Assembly: GCF_009914755.1 (NCBI RefSeq)
Contig: NC_060927.1
Source of the DNA: the human T2T-CHM13v2.0 reference genome, Homo sapiens
Strand: one strand, 5' to 3'
Length of the DNA: 64,000 bases
The notes under the pieces are model-generated. The model searched no databases. It worked only from the letters and a program-made list of their open reading frames with translations, and was not told the DNA's origin. Each line of letters opens with the position of its first letter. Position 1 is the first letter of the stretch. The position numbers and the translations under genes were made by a program. Positions 14,201-32,200 of the stretch are shown piece by piece.

Positions 14201-17200
14201 TAAAATATCAAAGTACCCAAGGTATATATTCTATACTGCACAAAAAATATGAAATTACCCAAAGCATGTATTATATACTGTATATAAAATATGAAAGCAC
14301 ATCAAATATATATTTTATTCTGTACATAAAATATCAAAGTACACCAGATATATATTCTATAGTGTACATAAAATATCAAAGTACCCAAACTATACATTAT
14401 ATACTGTATATAAAATATGAAATTACATCAAATATATATTATATTAGGTACATAAAATACGAAAGTACATCAAATATAGATTATATACTGTACATAAAAT
14501 ATCAAAGTACCCAAACTATACATTATATACTGTATATAAAATATGAAATTACATCAAATATATATTATATTAGGTACATAAAATACGAAAGTACATCAAA
14601 TATAGATTATATACTGTACATAAAATATCAAAGTACCCCAATATATATTATATACTGTACATGAAATATCAAAGTTCACAAACTATATATTATGTACTGT
14701 ACATAAAATATCAAAGTACCCAAGGTATATATTCTATACTGTACAAAAAATATCAAAGTACCCAAAGCATGTATTATATACTGTACATAAAATATGAAAG
14801 TACATCAAATATAGATTATATACTGTACATTAAGTACCAAAGTACACCAAATATATATTTTATACTGTACATGAAATATCAAAGTTCACAAACCATACAT
14901 TATATACTTTCCATAAAATATCAAAGTACCCATGGCATATATTCTATACTGTACAAAAGATATCAAAGTACCCAAAGCATGTATTATATACTGTACATAA
15001 AATATGAAAGTACATCAAATATATATTTTATTCTGTACATAAAATATCAAAGTACACCAGATATATATTCTATAGTGTACATAAAATATCAAAGTACCCA
15101 AACTATACATTATATACTGTACATAAAATATGAAATTACATCAAATATATATTATATTAGGTACATAAAATACGAAAGTACATCAAATATAGATTATATA
15201 CTGTACATAAAATATCAAAGTACCCCAATATATATTATATACTGTACATGAAATATCAAAGTTCACAAACTATATATTATGTACTGTATATAAAATATCA
15301 AAGTACCCAAGGTATATATTCTATACTGCACAAAAAATATGAAATTACCCAAAGCATGTATTATATACTGTATATAAAATATGAAAGCACATCAAATATA
15401 TATTTTATTCTGTACATAAAATATCAAAGTACACCAGATATATATTCTATAGTGTACATAAAATATCAAAGTACCCAAACTATACATTATATACTGTATA
15501 TAAAATATGAAATTACATCAAATATATATTATATTAGGTACATAAAATACGAAAGTACATCAAATATAGATTATATACTGTACATAAAATATCAAAGTAC
15601 CCCAATATATATTATATACTGTACATGAAATATCAAAGTTCACAAACTATATATTATGTACTGTACATAAAATATCAAAGTACCCAAGGTATATATTCTA
15701 TACTGTACAAAAAATATCAAAGTACCCAAAGCATGTATTATATACTGTACATAAAATATGAAAGTACATCAAATATAGATTATATACTGTACATTAAGTA
15801 CCAAAGTACACCAAATATATATTTTATACTGTACATGAAATATCAAAGTTCACAAACCATACATTATATACTTTCCATAAAATATCAAAGTACCCATGGC
15901 ATATATTCTATACTGTACAAAAGATATCAAAGTACCCAAAGCATGTATTATATACTGTACATAAAATATGAAAGTACATCAAATATATATTTTATTCTGT
16001 ACATAAAATATCAAAGTACACCAGATATATATTCTATAGTGTACATAAAATATCAAAGTACCCAAACTATACATTATATACTGTACATAAAATATGAAAT
16101 TACATCAAATATATATTATATTAGGTACATAAAATAAGAAAGTACATCAAATATAGATTATATACTGTACATAAAATATCAAAGTACCCCAATATATATT
16201 ATATACTGTACATGAAATATCAAAGTTCACAAAGTATATATTATGTACTGTATATAAAATATCAAAGTACCCAAGGTATATATTCTATACTGCACAAAAA
16301 ATATGAAATTACCCAAAGCATGTATTATATACTGTATATAAAATATGAAAGCACATCAAATATATATTTTATTCTGTACATAAAATATCAAAGTACACCA
16401 GATATATATTCTATAGTGTACATAAAATATCAAAGTACCCAAACTATACATTATATACTGTATATAAAATATGAAATTACATCAAATATATATTATATTA
16501 GGTACATAAAATACGAAAGTACATCAAATATAGATTATATACTGTACATAAAATATCAAAGTACCCCAATATATATTATATACTGTACATGAAATATCAA
16601 AGTTCACAAACTATATATTATGTACTGTACATAAAATATCAAAGTACCCAAGGTATATATTCTATACTGTACAAAAAATATCAAAGTACCCAAAGCATGT
16701 ATTATATACTGTACATAAAATATGAAAGTACATCAAATATAGATTATATACTGTACATTAAGTACCAAAGTACACCAAATATATATTTTATACTGTACAT
16801 GAAATATCAAAGTTCACAAACCATACATTATATACTTTCCATAAAATATCAAAGTACCCATGGCATATATTCTATACTGTACAAAAGATATCAAAGTACC
16901 CAAAGCATGTATTATATACTGTACATAAAATATGAAAGTACATCAAATATATATTTTATTCTGTACATAAAATATCAAAGTACACCAGATATATATTCTA
17001 TAGTGTACATAAAATATCAAAGTACCCAAACTATACATTATATACTGTACATAAAATATGAAATTACATCAAATATATATTATATTAGGTACATAAAATA
17101 AGAAAGTACATCAAATATAGATTATATACTGTACATAAAATATCAAAGTACCCCAATATATATTATATACTGTACATGAAATATCAAAGTTCACAAACTA

Positions 17201-20200
17201 TATATTATGTACTGTATATAAAATATCAAAGTACCCAAGGTATATATTCTATACTGCACAAAAAATATGAAATTACCCAAAGCATGTATTATATACTGTA
17301 TATAAAATATGAAAGCACATCAAATATATATTTTATTCTGTACATAAAATATCAAAGTACACCAGATATATATTCTATAGTGTACATAAAATATCAAAGT
17401 ACCCAAACTATACATTATATACTGTATATAAAATATGAAATTACATCAAATATATATTATATTAGGTACATAAAATACGAAAGTACATCAAATATAGATT
17501 ATATACTGTACATAAAATATCAAAGTACCCCAATATATATTATATACTGTACATGAAATATCAAAGTTCACAAACTATATATTATGTACTGTACATAAAA
17601 TATCAAAGTACCCAAGGTATATATTCTATACTGTACAAAAAATATCAAAGTACCCAAAGCATGTATTATATACTGTACATAAAATATGAAAGTACATCAA
17701 ATATAGATTATATACTGTACATTAAGTACCAAAGTACACCAAATATATATTTTATACTGTACATGAAATATCAAAGTTCACAAACCATACATTATATACT
17801 TTCCATAAAATATCAAAGTACCCATGGCATATATTCTATACTGTACAAAAGATATCAAAGTACCCAAAGCATGTATTATATACTGTACATAAAATATGAA
17901 AGTACATCAAATATATATTTTATTCTGTACATAAAATATCAAAGTACACCAGATATATATTCTATAGTGTACATAAAATATCAAAGTACCCAAACTATAC
18001 ATTATATACTGTACATAAAATATGAAATTACATCAAATATATATTATATTAGGTACATAAAATACGAAAGTACATCAAATATAGATTATATACTGTACAT
18101 AAAATATCAAAGTACCCCAATATATATTATATACTGTACATGAAATATCAAAGTTCACAAACTATATATTATGTACTGTATATAAAATATCAAAGTACCC
18201 AAGGTATATATTCTATACTGCACAAAAAATATGAAATTACCCAAAGCATGTATTATATACTGTATATAAAATATGAAAGCACATCAAATATATATTTTAT
18301 TCTGTACATAAAATATCAAAGTACACCAGATATATATTCTATAGTGTACATAAAATATCAAAGTACCCAAACTATACATTATATACTGTATATAAAATAT
18401 GAAATTACATCAAATATATATTATATTAGGTACATAAAATACGAAAGTACATCAAATATAGATTATATACTGTACATAAAATATCAAAGTACCCAAACTA
18501 TACATTATATACTGTATATAAAATATGAAATTACATCAAATATATATTATATTAGGTACATAAAATACGAAAGTACATCAAATATAGATTATATACTGTA
18601 CATAAAATATCAAAGTACCCCAATATATATTATATACTGTACATGAAATATCAAAGTTCACAAACTATATATTATGTACTGTACATAAAATATCAAAGTA
18701 CCCAAGGTATATATTCTATACTGTACAAAAAATATCAAAGTACCCAAAGCATGTATTATATACTGTACATAAAATATGAAAGTACATCAAATATAGATTA
18801 TATACTGTACATTAAGTACCAAAGTACACCAAATATATATTTTATACTGTACATGAAATATCAAAGTTCACAAACCATACATTATATACTTTCCATAAAA
18901 TATCAAAGTACCCATGGCATATATTCTATACTGTACAAAAGATATCAAAGTACCCAAAGCATGTATTATATACTGTACATAAAATATGAAAGTACATCAA
19001 ATATATATTTTATTCTGTACATAAAATATCAAAGTACACCAGATATATATTCTATAGTGTACATAAAATATCAAAGTACCCAAACTATACATTATATACT
19101 GTATATAAAATATGAAATTACATCAAATATATATTATATTAGGTACATAAAATACGAAAGTACATCAAATATAGATTATATACTGTACATAAAATATCAA
19201 AGTACCCCAATATATATTATATACTGTACATGAAATATCAAAGTTCACAAACTATATATTATGTACTGTACATAAAATATCAAAGTACCCAAGGTATATA
19301 TTCTATACTGTACAAAAAATATCAAAGTACCCAAAGCATGTATTATATACTGTACATAAAATATGAAAGTACATCAAATATAGATTATATACTGTACATT
19401 AAGTACCAAAGTACACCAAATATATATTTTATACTGTACATGAAATATCAAAGTTCACAAACCATACATTATATACTTTCCATAAAATATCAAAGTACCC
19501 ATGGCATATATTCTATACTGTACAAAAGATATCAAAGTACCCAAAGCATGTATTATATACTGTACATAAAATATGAAAGTACATCAAATATATATTTTAT
19601 TCTGTACATAAAATATCAAAGTACACCAGATATATATTCTATAGTGTACATAAAATATCAAAGTACCCAAACTATACATTATATACTGTACATAAAATAT
19701 GAAATTACATCAAATATATATTATATTAGGTACATAAAATAAGAAAGTACATCAAATATAGATTATATACTGTACATAAAATATCAAAGTACCCCAATAT
19801 ATATTATATACTGTACATGAAATATCAAAGTTCACAAACTATATATTATGTACTGTATATAAAATATCAAAGTACCCAAGGTATATATTCTATACTGCAC
19901 AAAAAATATGAAATTACCCAAAGCATGTATTATATACTGTATATAAAATATGAAAGCACATCAAATATATATTTTATTCTGTACATAAAATATCAAAGTA
20001 CACCAGATATATATTCTATAGTGTACATAAAATATCAAAGTACCCAAACTATACATTATATACTGTATATAAAATATGAAATTACATCAAATATATATTA
20101 TATTAGGTACATAAAATACGAAAGTACATCAAATATAGATTATATACTGTACATAAAATATCAAAGTACCCCAATATATATTATATACTGTACATGAAAT

Positions 20201-23200
20201 ATCAAAGTTCACAAACTATATATTATGTACTGTACATAAAATATCAAAGTACCCAAGGTATATATTCTATACTGTACAAAAAATATCAAAGTACCCAAAG
20301 CATGTATTATATACTGTACATAAAATATGAAAGTACATCAAATATAGATTATATACTGTACATTAAGTACCAAAGTACACCAAATATATATTTTATACTG
20401 TACATGAAATATCAAAGTTCACAAACCATACATTATATACTTTCCATAAAATATCAAAGTACCCATGGCATATATTCTATACTGTACAAAAGATATCAAA
20501 GTACCCAAAGCATGTATTATATACTGTACATAAAATATGAAAGTACATCAAATATATATTTTATTCTGTACATAAAATATCAAAGTACACCAGATATATA
20601 TTCTATAGTGTACATAAAATATCAAAGTACCCAAACTATACATTATATACTGTACATAAAATATGAAATTACATCAAATATATATTATATTAGGTACATA
20701 AAATAAGAAAGTACATCAAATATAGATTATATACTGTACATAAAATATCAAAGTACCCCAATATATATTATATACTGTACATGAAATATCAAAGTTCACA
20801 AACTATATATTATGTACTGTATATAAAATATCAAAGTACCCAAGGTATATATTCTATACTGCACAAAAAATATGAAATTACCCAAAGCATGTATTATATA
20901 CTGTATATAAAATATGAAAGCACATCAAATATATATTTTATTCTGTACATAAAATATCAAAGTACACCAGATATATATTCTATAGTGTACATAAAATATC
21001 AAAGTACCCAAACTATACATTATATACTGTATATAAAATATGAAATTACATCAAATATATATTATATTAGGTACATAAAATACGAAAGTACATCAAATAT
21101 AGATTATATACTGTACATAAAATATCAAAGTACCCCAATATATATTATATACTGTACATGAAATATCAAAGTTCACAAACTATATATTATGTACTGTACA
21201 TAAAATATCAAAGTACCCAAGGTATATATTCTATACTGTACAAAAAATATCAAAGTACCCAAAGCATGTATTATATACTGTACATAAAATATGAAAGTAC
21301 ATCAAATATAGATTATATACTGTACATTAAGTACCAAAGTACACCAAATATATATTTTATACTGTACATGAAATATCAAAGTTCACAAACCATACATTAT
21401 ATACTTTCCATAAAATATCAAAGTACCCATGGCATATATTCTATACTGTACAAAAGATATCAAAGTACCCAAAGCATGTATTATATACTGTACATAAAAT
21501 ATGAAAGTACATCAAATATATATTTTATTCTGTACATAAAATATCAAAGTACACCAGATATATATTCTATAGTGTACATAAAATATCAAAGTACCCAAAC
21601 TATACATTATATACTGTACATAAAATATGAAATTACATCAAATATATATTATATTAGGTACATAAAATACGAAAGTACATCAAATATAGATTATATACTG
21701 TACATAAAATATCAAAGTACCCCAATATATATTATATACTGTACATGAAATATCAAAGTTCACAAACTATATATTATGTACTGTATATAAAATATCAAAG
21801 TACCCAAGGTATATATTCTATACTGCACAAAAAATATGAAATTACCCAAAGCATGTATTATATACTGTATATAAAATATGAAAGCACATCAAATATATAT
21901 TTTATTCTGTACATAAAATATCAAAGTACACCAGATATATATTCTATAGTGTACATAAAATATCAAAGTACCCAAACTATACATTATATACTGTACATAA
22001 AATATGAAATTACATCAAATATATATTATATTAGGTACATAAAATACGAAAGTACATCAAATATAGATTATATACTGTACATAAAATATCAAAGTACCCC
22101 AATATATATTATATACTGTACATGAAATATCAAAGTTCACAAACTATATATTATGTACTGTATATAAAATATCAAAGTACCCAAGGTATATATTCTATAC
22201 TGCACAAAAAATATGAAATTACCCAAAGCATGTATTATATACTGTATATAAAATATGAAAGCACATCAAATATATATTTTATTCTGTACATAAAATATCA
22301 AAGTACACCAGATATATATTCTATAGTGTACATAAAATATCATAGTACCCAAACTATACATTATATACTGTATATAAAATATGAAATTACATCAAATATA
22401 TATTATATTAGGTACATAAAATACGAAAGTACATCAAATATAGATTATATACTGTACATAAAATATCAAAATACCCAAACTATACATTATATACTGTATA
22501 TAAAATATGAAATTACATCAAATATATATTATATTAGGTACATAAAATACGAAAGTACATCAAATATAGATTATATACTGTACATAAAATATCAAAGTAC
22601 CCCAATATATATTATATACTGTACATGAAATATCAAAGTTCACAAACTATATATTATGTACTGTACATAAAATATCAAAGTACCCAAGGTATATATTCTA
22701 TACTGTACAAAAAATATCAAAGTACCCAAAGCATGTATTATATACTGTACATAAAATATGAAAGTACATCAAATATAGATTATATACTGTACATTAAGTA
22801 CCAAAGTACACCAAATATATATTTTATACTGTACATGAAATATCAAAGTTCACAAACCATACATTATATACTTTCCATAAAATATCAAAGTACCCATGGC
22901 ATATATTCTATACTGTACAAAAGATATCAAAGTACCCAAAGCATGTATTATATACTGTACATAAAATATGAAAGTACATCAAATATATATTTTATTCTGT
23001 ACATAAAATATCAAAGTACACCAGATATATATTCTATAGTGTACATAAAATATCAAAGTACCCAAACTATACATTATATACTGTACATAAAATATGAAAT
23101 TACATCAAATATATATTATATTAGGTACATAAAATAAGAAAGTACATCAAATATAGATTATATACTGTACATAAAATATCAAAGTACCCCAATATATATT

Positions 23201-26200
23201 ATATACTGTACATGAAATATCAAAGTTCACAAACTATATATTATGTACTGTATATAAAATATCAAAGTACCCAAGGTATATATTCTATACTGCACAAAAA
23301 ATATGAAATTACCCAAAGCATGTATTATATACTGTATATAAAATATGAAAGCACATCAAATATATATTTTATTCTGTACATAAAATATCAAAGTACACCA
23401 GATATATATTCTATAGTGTACATAAAATATCAAAGTACCCAAACTATACATTATATACTGTATATAAAATATGAAATTACATCAAATATATATTATATTA
23501 GGTACATAAAATACGAAAGTACATCAAATATAGATTATATACTGTACATAAAATATCAAAGTACCCCAATATATATTATATACTGTACATGAAATATCAA
23601 AGTTCACAAACTATATATTATGTACTGTACATAAAATATCAAAGTACCCAAGGTATATATTCTATACTGTACAAAAAATATCAAAGTACCCAAAGCATGT
23701 ATTATATACTGTACATAAAATATGAAAGTACATCAAATATAGATTATATACTGTACATTAAGTACCAAAGTACACCAAATATATATTTTATACTGTACAT
23801 GAAATATCAAAGTTCACAAACCATACATTATATACTTTCCATAAAATATCAAAGTACCCATGGCATATATTCTATACTGTACAAAAGATATCAAAGTACC
23901 CAAAGCATGTATTATATACTGTACATAAAATATGAAAGTACATCAAATATATATTTTATTCTGTACATAAAATATCAAAGTACACCAGATATATATTCTA
24001 TAGTGTACATAAAATATCAAAGTACCCAAACTATACATTATATACTGTACATAAAATATGAAATTACATCAAATATATATTATATTAGGTACATAAAATA
24101 AGAAAGTACATCAAATATAGATTATATACTGTACATAAAATATCAAAGTACCCCAATATATATTATATACTGTACATGAAATATCAAAGTTCACAAACTA
24201 TATATTATGTACTGTATATAAAATATCAAAGTACCCAAGGTATATATTCTATACTGCACAAAAAATATGAAATTACCCAAAGCATGTATTATATACTGTA
24301 TATAAAATATGAAAGCACATCAAATATATATTTTATTCTGTACATAAAATATCAAAGTACACCAGATATATATTCTATAGTGTACATAAAATATCAAAGT
24401 ACCCAAACTATACATTATATACTGTATATAAAATATGAAATTACATCAAATATATATTATATTAGGTACATAAAATACGAAAGTACATCAAATATAGATT
24501 ATATACTGTACATAAAATATCAAAGTACCCCAATATATATTATATACTGTACATGAAATATCAAAGTTCACAAACTATATATTATGTACTGTACATAAAA
24601 TATCAAAGTACCCAAGGTATATATTCTATACTGTACAAAAAATATCAAAGTACCCAAAGCATGTATTATATACTGTACATAAAATATGAAAGTACATCAA
24701 ATATAGATTATATACTGTACATTAAGTACCAAAGTACACCAAATATATATTTTATACTGTACATGAAATATCAAAGTTCACAAACCATACATTATATACT
24801 TTCCATAAAATATCAAAGTACCCATGGCATATATTCTATACTGTACAAAAGATATCAAAGTACCCAAAGCATGTATTATATACTGTACATAAAATATGAA
24901 AGTACATCAAATATATATTTTATTCTGTACATAAAATATCAAAGTACACCAGATATATATTCTATAGTGTACATAAAATATCAAAGTACCCAAACTATAC
25001 ATTATATACTGTACATAAAATATGAAATTACATCAAATATATATTATATTAGGTACATAAAATACGAAAGTACATCAAATATAGATTATATACTGTACAT
25101 AAAATATCAAAGTACCCCAATATATATTATATACTGTACATGAAATATCAAAGTTCACAAACTATATATTATGTACTGTATATAAAATATCAAAGTACCC
25201 AAGGTATATATTCTATACTGCACAAAAAATATGAAATTACCCAAAGCATGTATTATATACTGTATATAAAATATGAAAGCACATCAAATATATATTTTAT
25301 TCTGTACATAAAATATCAAAGTACACCAGATATATATTCTATAGTGTACATAAAATATCAAAGTACCCAAACTATACATTATATACTGTATATAAAATAT
25401 GAAATTACATCAAATATATATTATATTAGGTACATAAAATACGAAAGTACATCAAATATAGATTATATACTGTACATAAAATATCAAAGTACCCAAACTA
25501 TACATTATATACTGTATATAAAATATGAAATTACATCAAATATATATTATATTAGGTACATAAAATACGAAAGTACATCAAATATAGATTATATACTGTA
25601 CATAAAATATCAAAGTACCCCAATATATATTATATACTGTACATGAAATATCAAAGTTCACAAACTATATATTATGTACTGTACATAAAATATCAAAGTA
25701 CCCAAGGTATATATTCTATACTGTACAAAAAATATCAAAGTACCCAAAGCATGTATTATATACTGTACATAAAATATGAAAGTACATCAAATATAGATTA
25801 TATACTGTACATTAAGTACCAAAGTACACCAAATATATATTTTATACTGTACATGAAATATCAAAGTTCACAAACCATACATTATATACTTTCCATAAAA
25901 TATCAAAGTACCCATGGCATATATTCTATACTGTACAAAAGATATCAAAGTACCCAAAGCATGTATTATATACTGTACATAAAATATGAAAGTACATCAA
26001 ATATATATTTTATTCTGTACATAAAATATCAAAGTACACCAGATATATATTCTATAGTGTACATAAAATATCAAAGTACCCAAACTATACATTATATACT
26101 GTATATAAAATATGAAATTACATCAAATATATATTATATTAGGTACATAAAATACGAAAGTACATCAAATATAGATTATATACTGTACATAAAATATCAA

Positions 26201-29200
26201 AGTACCCCAATATATATTATATACTGTACATGAAATATCAAAGTTCACAAACTATATATTATGTACTGTACATAAAATATCAAAGTACCCAAGGTATATA
26301 TTCTATACTGTACAAAAAATATCAAAGTACCCAAAGCATGTATTATATACTGTACATAAAATATGAAAGTACATCAAATATAGATTATATACTGTACATT
26401 AAGTACCAAAGTACACCAAATATATATTTTATACTGTACATGAAATATCAAAGTTCACAAACCATACATTATATACTTTCCATAAAATATCAAAGTACCC
26501 ATGGCATATATTCTATACTGTACAAAAGATATCAAAGTACCCAAAGCATGTATTATATACTGTACATAAAATATGAAAGTACATCAAATATATATTTTAT
26601 TCTGTACATAAAATATCAAAGTACACCAGATATATATTCTATAGTGTACATAAAATATCAAAGTACCCAAACTATACATTATATACTGTACATAAAATAT
26701 GAAATTACATCAAATATATATTATATTAGGTACATAAAATAAGAAAGTACATCAAATATAGATTATATACTGTACATAAAATATCAAAGTACCCCAATAT
26801 ATATTATATACTGTACATGAAATATCAAAGTTCACAAACTATATATTATGTACTGTATATAAAATATCAAAGTACCCAAGGTATATATTCTATACTGCAC
26901 AAAAAATATGAAATTACCCAAAGCATGTATTATATACTGTATATAAAATATGAAAGCACATCAAATATATATTTTATTCTGTACATAAAATATCAAAGTA
27001 CACCAGATATATATTCTATAGTGTACATAAAATATCAAAGTACCCAAACTATACATTATATACTGTATATAAAATATGAAATTACATCAAATATATATTA
27101 TATTAGGTACATAAAATACGAAAGTACATCAAATATAGATTATATACTGTACATAAAATATCAAAGTACCCCAATATATATTATATACTGTACATGAAAT
27201 ATCAAAGTTCACAAACTATATATTATGTACTGTACATAAAATATCAAAGTACCCAAGGTATATATTCTATACTGTACAAAAAATATCAAAGTACCCAAAG
27301 CATGTATTATATACTGTACATAAAATATGAAAGTACATCAAATATAGATTATATACTGTACATTAAGTACCAAAGTACACCAAATATATATTTTATACTG
27401 TACATGAAATATCAAAGTTCACAAACCATACATTATATACTTTCCATAAAATATCAAAGTACCCATGGCATATATTCTATACTGTACAAAAGATATCAAA
27501 GTACCCAAAGCATGTATTATATACTGTACATAAAATATGAAAGTACATCAAATATATATTTTATTCTGTACATAAAATATCAAAGTACACCAGATATATA
27601 TTCTATAGTGTACATAAAATATCAAAGTACCCAAACTATACATTATATACTGTACATAAAATATGAAATTACATCAAATATATATTATATTAGGTACATA
27701 AAATACGAAAGTACATCAAATATAGATTAAATACTGTACATAAAATATCAAAGTACCCCAATATATATTATATACTGTACATGAAATATCAAAGTTCACA
27801 AACTATATATTATGTACTGTATATAAAATATCAAAGTACCCAAGGTATATATTCTATACTGCACAAAAAATATGAAATTACCCAAAGCATGTATTATATA
27901 CTGTATATAAAATATGAAAGCACATCAAATATATATTTTATTCTGTACATAAAATATCAAAGTACACCAGATATATATTCTATAGTGTACATAAAATATC
28001 AAAGTACCCAAACTATACATTATATACTGTACATAAAATATGAAATTACATCAAATATATATTATATTAGGTACATAAAATACGAAAGTACATCAAATAT
28101 AGATTATATACTGTACATAAAATATCAAAGTACCCCAATATATATTATATACTGTACATGAAATATCAAAGTTCACAAACTATATATTATGTACTGTATA
28201 TAAAATATCAAAGTACCCAAGGTATATATTCTATACTGCACAAAAAATATGAAATTACCCAAAGCATGTATTATATACTGTATATAAAATATGAAAGCAC
28301 ATCAAATATATATTTTATTCTGTACATAAAATATCAAAGTACACCAGATATATATTCTATAGTGTACATAAAATATCATAGTACCCAAACTATACATTAT
28401 ATACTGTATATAAAATATGAAATTACATCAAATATATATTATATTAGGTACATAAAATACGAAAGTACATCAAATATAGATTATATACTGTACATAAAAT
28501 ATCAAAATACCCAAACTATACATTATATACTGTATATAAAATATGAAATTACATCAAATATATATTATATTAGGTACATAAAATACGAAAGTACATCAAA
28601 TATAGATTATATACTGTACATAAAATATCAAAGTACCCCAATATATATTATATACTGTACATGAAATATCAAAGTTCACAAACTATATATTATGTACTGT
28701 ACATAAAATATCAAAGTACCCAAGGTATATATTCTATACTGTACAAAAAATATCAAAGTACCCAAAGCATGTATTATATACTGTACATAAAATATGAAAG
28801 TACATCAAATATAGATTATATACTGTACATTAAGTACCAAAGTACACCAAATATATATTTTATACTGTACATGAAATATCAAAGTTCACAAACCATACAT
28901 TATATACTTTCCATAAAATATCAAAGTACCCATGGCATATATTCTATACTGTACAAAAGATATCAAAGTACCCAAAGCATGTATTATATACTGTACATAA
29001 AATATGAAAGTACATCAAATATATATTTTATTCTGTACATAAAATATCAAAGTACACCAGATATATATTCTATAGTGTACATAAAATATCAAAGTACCCA
29101 AACTATACATTATATACTGTACATAAAATATGAAATTACATCAAATATATATTATATTAGGTACATAAAATACGAAAGTACATCAAATATAGATTATATA

Positions 29201-32200
29201 CTGTACATAAAATATCAAAGTACCCCAATATATATTATATACTGTACATGAAATATCAAAGTTCACAAACTATATATTATGTACTGTATATAAAATATCA
29301 AAGTACCCAAGGTATATATTCTATACTGCACAAAAAATATGAAATTACCCAAAGCATGTATTATATACTGTATATAAAATATGAAAGCACATCAAATATA
29401 TATTTTATTCTGTACATAAAATATCAAAGTACACCAGATATATATTCTATAGTGTACATAAAATATCAAAGTACCCAAACTATACATTATATACTGTATA
29501 TAAAATATGAAATTACATCAAATATATATTATATTAGGTACATAAAATACGAAAGTACATCAAATATAGATTATATACTGTACATAAAATATCAAAGTAC
29601 CCCAATATATATTATATACTGTACATGAAATATCAAAGTTCACAAACTATATATTATGTACTGTACATAAAATATCAAAGTACCCAAGGTATATATTCTA
29701 TACTGTACAAAAAATATCAAAGTACCCAAAGCATGTATTATATACTGTACATAAAATATGAAAGTACATCAAATATAGATTATATACTGTACATTAAGTA
29801 CCAAAGTACACCAAATATATATTTTATACTGTACATGAAATATCAAAGTTCACAAACCATACATTATATACTTTCCATAAAATATCAAAGTACCCATGGC
29901 ATATATTCTATACTGTACAAAAGATATCAAAGTACCCAAAGCATGTATTATATACTGTACATAAAATATGAAAGTACATCAAATATATATTTTATTCTGT
30001 ACATAAAATATCAAAGTACACCAGATATATATTCTATAGTGTACATAAAATATCAAAGTACCCAAACTATACATTATATACTGTACATAAAATATGAAAT
30101 TACATCAAATATATATTATATTAGGTACATAAAATAAGAAAGTACATCAAATATAGATTATATACTGTACATAAAATATCAAAGTACCCCAATATATATT
30201 ATATACTGTACATGAAATATCAAAGTTCACAAACTATATATTATGTACTGTATATAAAATATCAAAGTACCCAAGGTATATATTCTATACTGCACAAAAA
30301 ATATGAAATTACCCAAAGCATGTATTATATACTGTATATAAAATATGAAAGCACATCAAATATATATTTTATTCTGTACATAAAATATCAAAGTACACCA
30401 GATATATATTCTATAGTGTACATAAAATATCAAAGTACCCAAACTATACATTATATACTGTATATAAAATATGAAATTACATCAAATATATATTATATTA
30501 GGTACATAAAATACGAAAGTACATCAAATATAGATTATATACTGTACATAAAATATCAAAGTACCCCAATATATATTATATACTGTACATGAAATATCAA
30601 AGTTCACAAACTATATATTATGTACTGTACATAAAATATCAAAGTACCCAAGGTATATATTCTATACTGTACAAAAAATATCAAAGTACCCAAAGCATGT
30701 ATTATATACTGTACATAAAATATGAAAGTACATCAAATATAGATTATATACTGTACATTAAGTACCAAAGTACACCAAATATATATTTTATACTGTACAT
30801 GAAATATCAAAGTTCACAAACCATACATTATATACTTTCCATAAAATATCAAAGTACCCATGGCATATATTCTATACTGTACAAAAGATATCAAAGTACC
30901 CAAAGCATGTATTATATACTGTACATAAAATATGAAAGTACATCAAATATATATTTTATTCTGTACATAAAATATCAAAGTACACCAGATATATATTCTA
31001 TAGTGTACATAAAATATCAAAGTACCCAAACTATACATTATATACTGTACATAAAATATGAAATTACATCAAATATATATTATATTAGGTACATAAAATA
31101 AGAAAGTACATCAAATATAGATTATATACTGTACATAAAATATCAAAGTACCCCAATATATATTATATACTGTACATGAAATATCAAAGTTCACAAACTA
31201 TATATTATGTACTGTATATAAAATATCAAAGTACCCAAGGTATATATTCTATACTGCACAAAAAATATGAAATTACCCAAAGCATGTATTATATACTGTA
31301 TATAAAATATGAAAGCACATCAAATATATATTTTATTCTGTACATAAAATATCAAAGTACACCAGATATATATTCTATAGTGTACATAAAATATCAAAGT
31401 ACCCAAACTATACATTATATACTGTATATAAAATATGAAATTACATCAAATATATATTATATTAGGTACATAAAATACGAAAGTACATCAAATATAGATT
31501 ATATACTGTACATAAAATATCAAAGTACCCCAATATATATTATATACTGTACATGAAATATCAAAGTTCACAAACTATATATTATGTACTATACATAAAA
31601 TATCAAAGTACCCAAGGTATATATTCTATACTGTACAAAAAATATCAAAGTACCCAAAGCATGTATTATATACTGTACATAAAATATGAAAGTACATCAA
31701 ATATAGATTATATACTGTACATTAAGTACCAAAGTACACCAAATATATATTTTATACTGTACATGAAATATCAAAGTTCACAAACCATACATTATATACT
31801 TTCCATAAAATATCAAAGTACCCATGGCATATATTCTATACTGTACAAAAGATATCAAAGTACCCAAAGCATGTATTATATACTGTACATAAAATATGAA
31901 AGTACATCAAATATATATTTTATTCTGTACATAAAATATCAAAGTACACCAGATATATATTCTATAGTGTACATAAAATATCAAAGTACCCAAACTATAC
32001 ATTATATACTGTACATAAAATATGAAATTACATCAAATATATATTATATTAGGTACATAAAATACGAAAGTACATCAAATATAGATTATATACTGTACAT
32101 AAAATATCAAAGTACCCCAATATATATTATATACTGTACATGAAATATCAAAGTTCACAAACTATATATTATGTACTGTATATAAAATATCAAAGTACCC

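Noticed and set aside
15625-28660. Round-number offsets (7000 bp and similar) suggesting synthetic construction
   Set aside because: 7000 follows arithmetically from the unit lengths (4x377 + 2x503 + 6x587 = 6036, plus 964).
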